A DNA stretch of 64,000 bases from Deltaproteobacteria bacterium (GCA_052390235.1 JBQTHB010000002.1:480001-544000); one strand, 5' to 3'; shown: positions 1-8,906, counted from the stretch's first letter. Made by a program: numbers and translations. Notes: generated from the sequence alone by a model not told the origin.

Positions 1-52
1 TTTGGCAATTCCGATAACGCCGATAGCTATTTTCATTTTTCGGTCATAGAGG

Positions 53-760
53 CTAATTGAGATTCGCAAAAATCGCTTCAAGCAGTAGCTCTGCGATGCG
101 CCTGTGTCCCTCGTCGCTGGGGTGAAATCCGTCCACGAACAGCAGGTCGTCGGTTATGGTCATCGAGAAGAGGTCAACCAGAGGGATGCCAAACTCCCCT
201 GCAAGCCCCTCGACGATGCCATTAAACGCGGCGATTCTCTCTGGGGTTACGTCGTTGCTTGGGTTTTCAATGAAGCGTGGAAGCTGGGTGAGGTCGGGGA
301 TGTTCCCGATGACGACTAGAGCCTGGGTTTCATTGACTAGACGGACGATGATTTTTCTCAGCTCCGATTCGTAGTCCTCAGCCTCGACGCCCGCTATGAT
401 GTCGTTTGAGCCGAGCAGGACTGTGGCGACATCCGGCAGTCTCGATGCGCTGTCGAGGAAAAAATCGAACTCCCCCTCAATGGTGTCTGTCTCAGCGGCT
501 GGTATGGCGACGATGAAGAGGTCAAAATCTCCGCCAAGTTCGTCGTCTAGGGCGTCGCGGATTAAGAACGCGTATCCGTCCGTCGGGGGGAGCGCTCCAA
601 CCCCTAGGGCGTCGCTCGCGCCTATGGCGAGATAAAGCGGGTCGTCTGAGGGGAATAGGGCGTCCGAAGCCCCGCCGCAGGATGATGCGCAGATGATGAG
701 AGCGCACAGAGCTATCGAAGCGAGTATCAGGCGTTTAAATCCGGCTATTAGCGCGTCCAT
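53..760 (-). CDS. SGNH/GDSL-family hydrolase, probable lipoprotein
   Basis: Signal peptide ending ASSC; block I AIGASD, block III LGSND, block V DGFHPS. Confidence 0.85.
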   Translation of the reverse strand: MDALIAGFKRLILASIALCALIICASSCGGASDALFPSDDPLYLAIGASDALGVGALPPTDGYAFLIRDALDDELGGDFDLFIVAIPAAETDTIEGEFDFFLDSASRLPDVATVLLGSNDIIAGVEAEDYESELRKIIVRLVNETQALVVIGNIPDLTQLPRFIENPSNDVTPERIAAFNGIVEGLAGEFGIPLVDLFSMTITDDLLFVDGFHPSDEGHRRIAELLLEAIFANLN

Positions 761-836
761 GCGGAAATACTAGCACAATCGAGGGGAGAATTCTAAACCG
801 CTTAGTTGAATCTCGAATATAAAAGGGGCGCGAGAG

Positions 837-1592
837 TTAGGAGATATCGAGGTCTGCGGTTAATTTGGCAAGCGCGCCGTAGTCGGTGAGATCTAGTTTT
901 AGCGGAGTTACGGAGACATATCCCGCCCTTAGGGCTTGAATATCCGAGTTTTCAATTTCAACCGAGGCGACCTCGCTCCCTCCAATCCAGTAGTATTTTC
1001 TGCCGCGCGGGTCTGCTCTCTCCACTGCCGCCTCTCCATAGATTCTCTTGCCGAGCCGAGTAACCCGGATACCTCTAATTCCATTCGTTGGCAGATTCGG
1101 CACATTTGCGTTCAGAAGAGTCCCTTCGGGCAGCGGCGTGGCGAGGACGTACTCGGCGAGTCTCTGGGCGACTTTAGCGGCGGCGTCAAAATTGAAATCC
1201 CGCTTTGCCGATAGCGAAATCGCAATTGATGGAATATTGAGGAGCGTTCCTTCAATCGCCGCGCTAACCGTGCCGGAATATGTAACGTCGTCTCCCATGT
1301 TCTCGCCCTTGTTGATTCCAGAGACTATTAAATCCGGCTTTTTATCCCTCAGTATTCCGTTTACGGCTAGGTTAATGCAGTCAGTGGGAGTGCCGTCAAC
1401 GCTATAGCAGTTCTCGGCGATTTTATTAATCCGAAGCGGGCGGTAAAGGCTCAGGGAATGGCTCACCGCGCTCTGGTCTCTATCCGGCGCGACGATGACA
1501 ACCTCGCCGAGCGTCCTCATTGCCTCGGCAAGGGCGCGAAGTCCGTCCGAGTTGATGCCGTCGTCGTTTGATGCGAGGATTCTTATAGACAT
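837..1592 (-). CDS. surE: 5'/3'-nucleotidase SurE
   Basis: ILASNDDG, GTPTDC, SGINKGENMG..YSGTV motifs; start moved to MSIRIL because the longer ORF runs into the tRNA. Confidence 0.95.
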   Translation of the reverse strand: MSIRILASNDDGINSDGLRALAEAMRTLGEVVIVAPDRDQSAVSHSLSLYRPLRINKIAENCYSVDGTPTDCINLAVNGILRDKKPDLIVSGINKGENMGDDVTYSGTVSAAIEGTLLNIPSIAISLSAKRDFNFDAAAKVAQRLAEYVLATPLPEGTLLNANVPNLPTNGIRGIRVTRLGKRIYGEAAVERADPRGRKYYWIGGSEVASVEIENSDIQALRAGYVSVTPLKLDLTDYGALAKLTADLDIS

Positions 1593-1598
1593 AAAAAA

Positions 1599-1674
1599 TG
1601 GTCGGGGTGACCGGATTTGAACCGGTGACCCCTGGCCCCCCATGCCAGTGCGCTACCAGCTGCGCCACACCCCG
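1599..1674 (-). tRNA. tRNA-Pro(GGG)
   Basis: 76-nt cloverleaf CGGGGTGTGGCGCAGCTGGTAGCGCA-CTGGC-ATGGGGG-GCCAG-GGGTCACCGGTTCAAATCCGGTCACCCCGACCA with encoded CCA. Confidence 0.97.
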
Positions 1675-1743
1675 ATTTGTAAGATTCGATTATAACTCTC
1701 TTGGGGGATAAGGAAATAATTAGATTTGCGGTCTGTACAGATA

Positions 1744-2094
1744 TTACTCGACTTTCCTGCCGATAGGAATAGATTTTAACTCATTTAATATTTCGCGCAA
1801 TAGCTCGGACACTTTTGTCGTAATTTTCCTCTGTTTTCCCTCTTCTCTGAGCTTTTTCTTCGCCCCTGCAATGGTGAAACTCTGCTCATAGAGCATCCGT
1901 TTTATGCGCATTATAGTGGTGATGGCGTCGCGGTCGTAGAGCCTTTGGGACTTTCTTCTGATGGGCTTTATTTCGGGGAACTCAGTTTCCCAGTACCGGA
2001 TGACGTAGGGCTTGATGCCGGTGTGGTCGCTTACCTCGCCGATTCTGAAATATATTTTATCGGGGAGTTTAATCTCAGCATCATCTCCAAACAT
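1744..2094 (-). CDS. MerR-family HTH transcriptional regulator (type usually found next to ihfA/tRNA-Pro)
   Basis: PDKIYFRIGEVS..GIKPYVIRYWETEF signature; adjacent to tRNA-Pro and surE. Confidence 0.9.
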   Translation of the reverse strand: MFGDDAEIKLPDKIYFRIGEVSDHTGIKPYVIRYWETEFPEIKPIRRKSQRLYDRDAITTIMRIKRMLYEQSFTIAGAKKKLREEGKQRKITTKVSELLREILNELKSIPIGRKVE

Positions 2095-2101
2095 AGACTA
2101 C

Positions 2102-2130
2102 AAGCTAGATTAAATCGAAAAAAATGTCAA
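2102..2130 (-). promoter_or_regulatory. sigma70-type promoter of the merR-like gene (probably leaderless)
   Basis: TTGACA-17 nt-TAGCTT, 7 nt before the ATG, no Shine-Dalgarno. Confidence 0.6.
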
Positions 2131-2164
2131 GACGGAAAATATTAGCAGGAGGGCTGAGCTTGAC

Positions 2165-2381
2165 TTCAGGCAATGGAGGAGAGGGATGGGGTAAATAGTG
2201 GGTGTAACCTCGCCTCCACTGCGCTGAATTATAGGAGGATTTTTAGCTATTTGCTTCGGCGGCGTCTGCGCCTTGACTGCCACTTAGGTAGTAATCGTTG
2301 AGCCTCGTATCAATATCGTCTCGCTCTTCGCTCATCTGCGTGTCTACTTGAGGGGTTTCTGCGTATCGGAAAGCCCGTCAA
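2165..2381 (-). ncRNA. Putative sigma54-dependent structured small RNA (contains a 30-codon ORF at 2243-2335)
   Basis: Downstream of a perfect sigma54 motif; long hairpin 2165-2228 with C-rich loop; several CCUCC motifs. Confidence 0.4.
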
Positions 2382-2392
2382 TAATAATAGGG

Positions 2393-2407
2393 GCAAGATG
2401 CGTGCCA
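2393..2407 (-). promoter_or_regulatory. sigma54 (RpoN) -24/-12 promoter
   Basis: Minus strand reads TGGCACG-CATC-TTGC, an exact match to TGGCACG-N4-TTGC; IHF-like site at 2425-2437 and dyad at 2461-2474 upstream. Confidence 0.8.
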
Positions 2408-2543
2408 TAACTAATTGCGTGTGTTTTCAGTGAGTTGCGAATTCCGCCGCCGCATATATCTGCCAAATTTGGTAACATAGCCCGACAGGTTTAGGTAAAG
2501 TCGCCCGGTTTCCTTATTTATGGCGCGCTGGAGCGATGCCCCC

Positions 2544-3140
2544 TTAAAGCACGCCTCTGAAGGTTTTTCTGTGTATCGGACAAGCGCCAAATTTCCTCAG
2601 CGCTTCGTAGTGCGCTTTTGTAGGATAGCCCTTGTGTTCGGCGAAATTGTATTGGGGATAGATTTTATGATAATCGTCCATGATTGCATCCCTCGTAACT
2701 TTGGCTATGATGGACGCGGCCGCGATGGAATTGCAAATGCCATCGCCCCTGATTATCGCCTCCTGGGGCATATCGAGAGACGTGCGGGTGTTTCCATCAA
2801 TTAAGAGAAAATCGGGAGCCACGCCCAATTTCCCAACCGCCATCTCCATTGCTAAAATTGCCGCGCGAAGGATATTGATTCTGTCTATTTCGCCGGGTTC
2901 TACGATACCGATGCCAAAAGAGACGGCCTGCTCCCGGATTTGCCCGAAGAGTTCGTCTCTGCGTCTGGGGGAGAGCTTTTTTGAATCGTCTAAGCCCCGG
3001 ATTGATGCCTCTTTCGGGAGTATCACCGCCGCCGCCACAACCGGTCCAGCAATAGGGCCCCGGCCTGCCTCGTCCACTCCGGCGGCGATTTGCCCTCTCT
3101 CCCAAACTTTCCTCTCGTATCCGTAGTCAGGCGGCGTCAT
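2544..3140 (-). CDS. rnhB: Ribonuclease HII
   Basis: GVDEAGRGP, LDDSKKL, IAAASIIAKVTRD, HKGYPT motifs. Confidence 0.97.
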   Translation of the reverse strand: MTPPDYGYERKVWERGQIAAGVDEAGRGPIAGPVVAAAVILPKEASIRGLDDSKKLSPRRRDELFGQIREQAVSFGIGIVEPGEIDRINILRAAILAMEMAVGKLGVAPDFLLIDGNTRTSLDMPQEAIIRGDGICNSIAAASIIAKVTRDAIMDDYHKIYPQYNFAEHKGYPTKAHYEALRKFGACPIHRKTFRGVL

Positions 3141-3165
3141 TTTATCGGTTAGCTAATTGGGGGGG

Positions 3166-4041
3166 CTAGATGAGACCGTACTCTCTCAGAGCGGATTTCA
3201 GTTTTGAGAAGTTCTCATCCGACATTTCGCAAAGGGGCAGTCTCATCTCGTCCGCTGATTTTCCCATTAGACCTAGGGCAACTTTCACGGGTATCGGGTT
3301 CGTCTCAATGAATAAAATCTCGTTTAGCGGCAGGAGCTTATAGTGCAGGTCTAGGGATTTACCGATGTCTCCTGCGATGTAGAAGTCGTACATCTGGGCA
3401 ACCTCCCTCGGGGCGATATTTGCCGTTACAGTGATAAATCCCCGCCCGCCAACGGCGAGTATCGGGAAATTGACAGCGTCGTCCCCCGATAGGAGAATAA
3501 AATCCCTCCCGCACAGCTGGAGGATTCTGCTTGTCGTCTGAAGCGACCCGGAGGCTTCTTTGACGCCCACAACGTTTGTGCAATCCGCGGCGAGCCTCGC
3601 AATGGTTTCCGGGGTCATGTTCACGACGCTCCGTCCGGGGATGTTATAGAGAATCACAGGCAAGTTAGTCTCCGATGCAATTGTTTTAAAGTGCCGGTAC
3701 AGCCCCTCTTGAGTGGGTTTGTTGTAATAGGGAACAACTGACAGCGCGGCGTCGGCTCCGGCTTTTTCCGCGAATTTAGTGAGCCGAATTGCCTCGGCGG
3801 TGCTATTCGACCCTGTGCCGGCGATGACGGAAATCCTCTTTCGCACAGCCCTTACGGTGAGCGCGATGACATGTTCATGCTCCTCGTGGGATAGGGTGGG
3901 GGACTCGCCCGTTGTGCCGCAGGGGACGATGCCGTGCGTGCCGTTTTCAATCTGGAATTCGATTAATCTTACTAGCGCTTCTTCGTCAATTTTGCCGTTC
4001 TTAAAAGGGGTAATTATGGCGACTATAGAGCCGTGAATCAT
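3166..4041 (-). CDS. dapA: 4-hydroxy-tetrahydrodipicolinate synthase
   Basis: GTTGESPTL, YNIPGRS, GVKEASG, ETNPIPVK. Confidence 0.97.
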   Translation of the reverse strand: MIHGSIVAIITPFKNGKIDEEALVRLIEFQIENGTHGIVPCGTTGESPTLSHEEHEHVIALTVRAVRKRISVIAGTGSNSTAEAIRLTKFAEKAGADAALSVVPYYNKPTQEGLYRHFKTIASETNLPVILYNIPGRSVVNMTPETIARLAADCTNVVGVKEASGSLQTTSRILQLCGRDFILLSGDDAVNFPILAVGGRGFITVTANIAPREVAQMYDFYIAGDIGKSLDLHYKLLPLNEILFIETNPIPVKVALGLMGKSADEMRLPLCEMSDENFSKLKSALREYGLI

Positions 4042-4243
4042 AAACCGGGCGCCTCCGAGCTGGAATTTGGTTCACTTCATTATATTTGAGACTCGGTGTA
4101 AATCAAGACGAAACCAGGCGATTCGCAGGGGGGAGGGATTTGCGATTGGCGCTGCGTTTTGCAATTGAGTAGATTATTGCTCTGACCGCAAATTCTCTCA
4201 GATATTCACAACCGGGCGCAAGGTTTTTACTTGCAAGTTCTTA

Positions 4244-4271
4244 GCTCAAAAACTAAAAACTCGAAACTCAA
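4244..4271. repeat. Short degenerate heptamer tandem repeat (gctcaaa/aactaaa/aactcga/aactcaa)
   Basis: Four adjacent 7-nt units in an intergenic region. Confidence 0.5.
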
Positions 4272-4295
4272 AACCCCTTCGCATATCGAATCCCC

Positions 4296-4832
4296 TCAGG
4301 ATAGCTTCTGTCCGCATTCGGGGCAAAAATTGCTTTTTCTGGGGATTTTCGCCCCGCATTTAAAGCAGAGCGCGGAGTCTAGGATTTGAAATCTCTCCGC
4401 CGCTTTTCGGGATTTTTCAACCGCATCGGCGAGAATTTTATCCAGTCCCGCCGCGAATCCCTTAGATTCTTTCGAGAACTCAACGCTGTCCTCAGTTGTC
4501 GCTGTCCAAATCGTAACTTTCGGCTCAGCGTCGGCAATGTCAACGTCCCATCGGGTAATGATGTCGTGGGGAATATCGCGCAGTTTCTTGAGCGAGGAGG
4601 CGTTTTTAGCGACGATTACCCTCGCGCTCGTGAGTATGAACCAGGAGTTAAACCAGGTGTTGCTGTCAACCCAGCGGGGGGCTTTGTGCATGGCGCGAAA
4701 ATCCCTGAGAATAAATAAAACCTCTTCGCCTGCGGCGAGCGAGGCGTAAAGCCCGGATTTCAGCCCGGCGGGAAGCTCGGCTAGGGTTTGGCGTTTCATC
4801 GAGGCGATGTAATTTTTGATTGCGCTAAACAT
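4296..4832 (-). CDS. Hypothetical protein with bacterial PH-like domain and C-terminal zinc ribbon
   Basis: ILTSARVIV PH-like core; CFKCG..NFCPECG ribbon; start overlaps the asd stop. Confidence 0.7.
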   Translation of the reverse strand: MFSAIKNYIASMKRQTLAELPAGLKSGLYASLAAGEEVLFILRDFRAMHKAPRWVDSNTWFNSWFILTSARVIVAKNASSLKKLRDIPHDIITRWDVDIADAEPKVTIWTATTEDSVEFSKESKGFAAGLDKILADAVEKSRKAAERFQILDSALCFKCGAKIPRKSNFCPECGQKLS

Positions 4833-5847
4833 AGTCTCTTATGAGAATCTCCGCTATTTGCACGGCGTTAAGAGCCGCTCCTTTTCTGAGCTGGTCTCCG
4901 GCGACCCAGAGGCTCAGCCCCGCCGCAACCGTGTAGTCCTCTCTTATTCTCCCCACTAGGCAGTCGTCAATCCCCGCCGCATCCATGGGCATAGGGTATT
5001 TTAGCTTACCCGGCTCGTCAACCACGCGCGCCCCCGGAAATTTTGATATTGCCGCCCGCGCCTCCTCGGCTGTGATTTTTCGCTCCGTCTCGACATTCAC
5101 CGCGACAGAGTGCGCTCTGAACACGGGCACTCTCACGGTCGTTGCTGAAACCTGAATCGAGTCGTTTTCCATGATTTTTCTCGTCTCGAAGTGGAGCTTC
5201 ATCTCCTCTTTGGTGTAGCCGTTTTCAAGGAAGGAGTCAATGTGAGGGATTAGGTTAAACGCTATCCTATGAGCGAGAGCATGGTGCTTCATCTCATCGC
5301 CCTTTGCCCAGGCGAGGGTCTGGGCGCGGAGCTCTTCCAGGGCCTGGGCGCCTGCGCCGGATACGGCTTGGTAGCTTGCGGCAACGACCCTTTTTATACC
5401 CGCGAGGTCGTGAATGGGTTTTAGAGCCATGAGGGTTACGGCTGTCGTGCAGTTCGGGTTTGCAATTACCCCGCGTTTTTTATATTGGGCGATTCTAGGG
5501 GCGTTGATTTCGGGTATCACAAGCGGGACGTCTTCATCCATACGAAAGGCGGAGCTATTATCTATAACGACCGCTCCGGCTTCGACGGCTTCGGGGGCGA
5601 ACTGCCGGCTTCGGGAGGCTCCCGCCGAGAAAAGCGCTATATCCACGCCGCTGAAGGCTCTTTTCTCTAACCTCTGAACCCTTAGCCTCTCTCCGCCAAA
5701 TTCCATCTCCCTGCCCTCTGACCTCTCAGATGCTATAAGCCTAAGCTCCCGGACGGGGAAATTTTTCTCCCTGAGTATATCCATAATCTCAATGCCGACC
5801 GCCCCCGTTGCTCCCACGACGGCGACGCTATAGCCGCTCTTCTTCAT
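4825..5847 (-). CDS. asd: Aspartate-semialdehyde dehydrogenase
   Basis: VGATGAVG, IANPNCTT, SYQAVSGAG, DQLRKGAALNAVQIAE. Confidence 0.97.
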   Translation of the reverse strand: MKKSGYSVAVVGATGAVGIEIMDILREKNFPVRELRLIASERSEGREMEFGGERLRVQRLEKRAFSGVDIALFSAGASRSRQFAPEAVEAGAVVIDNSSAFRMDEDVPLVIPEINAPRIAQYKKRGVIANPNCTTAVTLMALKPIHDLAGIKRVVAASYQAVSGAGAQALEELRAQTLAWAKGDEMKHHALAHRIAFNLIPHIDSFLENGYTKEEMKLHFETRKIMENDSIQVSATTVRVPVFRAHSVAVNVETERKITAEEARAAISKFPGARVVDEPGKLKYPMPMDAAGIDDCLVGRIREDYTVAAGLSLWVAGDQLRKGAALNAVQIAEILIRDYV

Positions 5848-5904
5848 AAAAATCGCTCCTAATAGTTAATTTATTATCTCATTTGTAAGATGCGCGTCCG
5901 AATT

Positions 5905-6348
5905 TCAGCGCCCGTACTTCTCTTCAATTTTGCCTATCATCTCGATATTTGCCCTCTCGCCCTCGTCCGGCGGGGTGGCAAGCCATCCCTCAATTATCTC
6001 GCCCGCTACAGATGGAGATATTAGCCTAAGGCTCATGGCGAGGACGTTTGCGTCGTTCCATTTCCTCGCTCCCTCGGCGGTTGCCCTGTCCGTGCAGAGG
6101 GCGGCTCTTATCCCCGGCACTTTATTCGCCGCAATGCTAACGCCCGTTCCCGTGCCGCAGAAAAGCACTCCCTGAGCGCACCTGCCGCCGGCGACGCTCT
6201 CGGCCACTTTCATCCCCACCTCAGTCCACTGTATCGGGTCATCCGACAGGGGACCGTAAAGCTCAAGCTCGAATCCCTTCTGCCTCAGCCTCTCGACGAC
6301 GAAATCCGTCAAGTGCGTGCGCTCATCGCTTCCAATGGCAATTTTCAT
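5905..6348 (-). CDS. rpiB: RpiB/LacA/LacB-family sugar-phosphate isomerase
   Basis: IAIGSD, CGTGTGVSIAANKVPGIRAA, NDANVL. Confidence 0.85.
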   Translation of the reverse strand: MKIAIGSDERTHLTDFVVERLRQKGFELELYGPLSDDPIQWTEVGMKVAESVAGGRCAQGVLFCGTGTGVSIAANKVPGIRAALCTDRATAEGARKWNDANVLAMSLRLISPSVAGEIIEGWLATPPDEGERANIEMIGKIEEKYGR

Positions 6349-6371
6349 GGCTGCCGCTCCTTAGCTTGGAA

Positions 6372-6754
6372 TTATTTAGATAGATTAACGAAGTATTTGC
6401 ACAGGGCAAATCCAACAAAGACGAGCGCAATCCCGGCTAAGTTGCTCGAAGCGATATATGCCGCGGCTAATTTGGCGTCGCCCCCCTCATGAGGCTTGCC
6501 GCCTCTAGCCCGAAGGTTGAAAACGTGGTAAATCCGCCGAGAAATCCCGTGAAGATGAAAACCCTCGCGCCGGGGGCAATCGCCTTAGACTCGAATAGCT
6601 CCCATAGAATCCCGATGAGCAGGCATCCGGCCAAATTCACCGCCAGAGTTCCCCAAGGGAATGCGCCCTCTAGGGATTTCCCCACGAAGCCCGACACAAA
6701 ATATCGAGCCAAAGTTCCCGCCGCGCCGCCCAGCATTATAAATACATAAGACAA
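6372..6754 (-). pseudogene. crcB: Fluoride channel FluC/CrcB, frameshifted at G6 run 6481-6486 (real pseudogene or sequencing error)
   Basis: GGAAGTLARY, FPWGTLAVN, GFLGGFTTFSTF; adding one G restores a fourth TM helix (GDAKLAAAYIASSNLAGIALVFVGFAL...) and a 127-aa protein. Confidence 0.85.
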
Positions 6755-6923
6755 CTCGCTCTCCCACGCCGCCCAAAATTATATTATTAAACCTGAAAAT
6801 TGAAATTTTGCACCGAGAGTATTTTAATAATACGTATCCACGAGTCGCCGCAAATTGACCGTCTGCGGTTTTCTCTATAGAATCCATAGCGCACCGGAGC
6901 AATTTCACACACGGAGACCCCTC

Positions 6924-7703
6924 TTGGCATACTTAGATGTGGCGGAGCGAGCGGCGCGGGAAGCCGGGAAAATCCTCAGAGACAATCTGGGAAAAGTAAA
7001 ACATATTGGCTACAAGGCAAAAAACAGCCTCGTTACCGAGGTTGACAGGCTCGCTGAGGGCGTCGTGATTGACATTATAAAATCCAATTTCCCCGCGCAC
7101 GCCATATTCGCCGAGGAGTCCGGCAGAAGCGCCAAGCCCTCGGATTACCTCTGGCTCATAGACCCGCTCGATGGCACGACCAATTACGCGCACGGCTACC
7201 CTCATTTCTGCGTCTCCATTGCGCTCGAGGCGGAGGGGCGGATAATCCTCGGCGCGGTCTATAACCCCATGAGAGATGAATTCTTCTCCGCCGAGCTTGG
7301 CGGCGGCGCTTATTTAAATCATAGCCCGATACAGGTCTCGGCGACGCGAACCATTGAAGAGTCCATGCTCTGCACCGGATTCGTGCATGAGAACGACTGG
7401 ATGGTAGAGGAAAACCTCGCGCATTTCGCCGATTTCATCCGCATCGCTCAAGCAGTGAGGCGGGACGGCTCGGCGGCGCTTGATTTATGCTACGTTGCCT
7501 GCGGCAGATACGACGGTTTTTGGGAGCTTGGACTCAGCCCATGGGACACTGCGGCGGGTTCGCTGATTCTCACAGAGGCGGGCGGCGCGGTCTCGGATTT
7601 CACCGGCGGCGGCTACAGAGTGTACGACCCAAAAATCCTCGCCTCCAATGGGAGGCTACACGGGCGGATGATTGAGATTCTCGCGGGCATAGCCGAGGCA
7701 TAG
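6924..7703 (+). CDS. suhB: Inositol monophosphatase family protein
   Basis: WLIDPLDGTTNY, GSAALDLCYVACG, WDTAAG; TTG start after GGAG chosen. Confidence 0.92.
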   Translation: MAYLDVAERAAREAGKILRDNLGKVKHIGYKAKNSLVTEVDRLAEGVVIDIIKSNFPAHAIFAEESGRSAKPSDYLWLIDPLDGTTNYAHGYPHFCVSIALEAEGRIILGAVYNPMRDEFFSAELGGGAYLNHSPIQVSATRTIEESMLCTGFVHENDWMVEENLAHFADFIRIAQAVRRDGSAALDLCYVACGRYDGFWELGLSPWDTAAGSLILTEAGGAVSDFTGGGYRVYDPKILASNGRLHGRMIEILAGIAEA

Positions 7704-7838
7704 GGATTCATAATTAATAGTTAAACCTATTTAGCGTTTCGCTGCGTTACTTATTGTTGGCAACTCAATTTCACTTGACTTTAACTTCCCTGTTATTGTA
7801 AAATCCACTATAGATTATCTATAAAGGAGGCGGATTTA

Positions 7839-8897
7839 ATGAAGCCGAAATTAATTCTAGGAGTGGTTTTAGCCTTAGTAATTTCAATAGCTTTCCTCCA
7901 GTGCGGAGGAGAGGGCGGAAATAACCCCGATAACTGTTTCGATGGCGTTGACAATGACGGCGACGGGCTTGTGGACTGCGCCGATTCTGACTGCGATGAA
8001 TTCTGTCTCGAAGGACCTGAGGGCCCATGCTTCGATGGAATTGACAACGACGGCGATGGGTTAGTTGACTGCGCCGACCCGGACTGCGCCCCTTCTCCCA
8101 ACTGCGGAGGGATGGAGAACTGTATTGATGGCGTTGACAACGACGGCGACGGGCTAATTGATTGCCAGGATCCGAACTGCGCCAATAACCGCTTCTGCAC
8201 AGGAGGGGAAAATAGCGAAGAGGAATGCTCAAACGGTGTTGACGACGACCGGGACGGGCTAACCGACTGCGACGACCCTGAGTGCAGACTCACCGAAGCC
8301 TGCAGGGAAGGCGGCGAGGGCCCCTGTGATGATGGAATGGATAACGACGGCGACGGGCTTGTGGACTGCAATGACCCCGACTGCAATGGCTCTTCCTCAT
8401 GCCCCGGCGAGAATTGCATAAACAACGTTGACGATGACGGCGACGGACTCGTTGACTGCGACGACCCGAACTGCGCAACCTCGCTATTCTGCGAGGAAGG
8501 CGGCGAGGGCCCATGCTTCGATGGCGTTGACAACGACGGCGACGGGCTTGTGGACTGCGCCGACCCCGATTGTACGGATTCGCCCTTCTGTACGGGAGGC
8601 GAGATGTGCGCTAACGGGACTGACGACGACAATGACGGCTTGGTTGACTGCGCTGACCCAGACTGCAGAACCAATGCCGCCTGCGGAGGGGCTGAAATCT
8701 GCGGAAACATGATTGACGACGATGGCGACGGGCTAACGGATGCCGCTGACCCGGACTGCAGAGAAGGCGGGGCTGGCCCGTGTAGAGACGGCGTTGATAA
8801 CGACGGCGACGGGCTACCTGACTTACTCGACCCCAATTGCTGTCTGCCTGCGAATTTCCCTGTCGGGGCGTGTGTTAACCTAGGCGGGATATTGTAA
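7839..8897 (+). CDS. Cys/Asp-rich repeat lipoprotein 1 (10 repeats)
   Basis: AAGGAGG SD, signal peptide ending FLQC, repeats CxDGxDNDGDGLxDCxDPDC. Confidence 0.85.
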   Translation: MKPKLILGVVLALVISIAFLQCGGEGGNNPDNCFDGVDNDGDGLVDCADSDCDEFCLEGPEGPCFDGIDNDGDGLVDCADPDCAPSPNCGGMENCIDGVDNDGDGLIDCQDPNCANNRFCTGGENSEEECSNGVDDDRDGLTDCDDPECRLTEACREGGEGPCDDGMDNDGDGLVDCNDPDCNGSSSCPGENCINNVDDDGDGLVDCDDPNCATSLFCEEGGEGPCFDGVDNDGDGLVDCADPDCTDSPFCTGGEMCANGTDDDNDGLVDCADPDCRTNAACGGAEICGNMIDDDGDGLTDAADPDCREGGAGPCRDGVDNDGDGLPDLLDPNCCLPANFPVGACVNLGGIL

Positions 8898-8906
8898 TTT
8901 GCATAT

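Noticed and set aside
1593..1643. N-terminal extension of the surE ORF and the 62-aa ORF 1480-1668
   Set aside because: Both overlap the tRNA-Pro gene
1599..1743. tRNA-Pro as an integration site
   Set aside because: No duplicated tRNA 3' end or adjacent integrase seen; surE follows immediately
4042..4295. Lysine riboswitch upstream of dapA
   Set aside because: No L-box consensus seen, and a TTGATT-16-TATAAT promoter lies close to the dapA start, leaving no room
7758..7773. sigma54-like TGGCAAC upstream of repeat lipoprotein 1
   Set aside because: The -12 position reads TC rather than GC; a sigma70-like TTGACT-18-TAAAAT (7775-7804) is the better candidate
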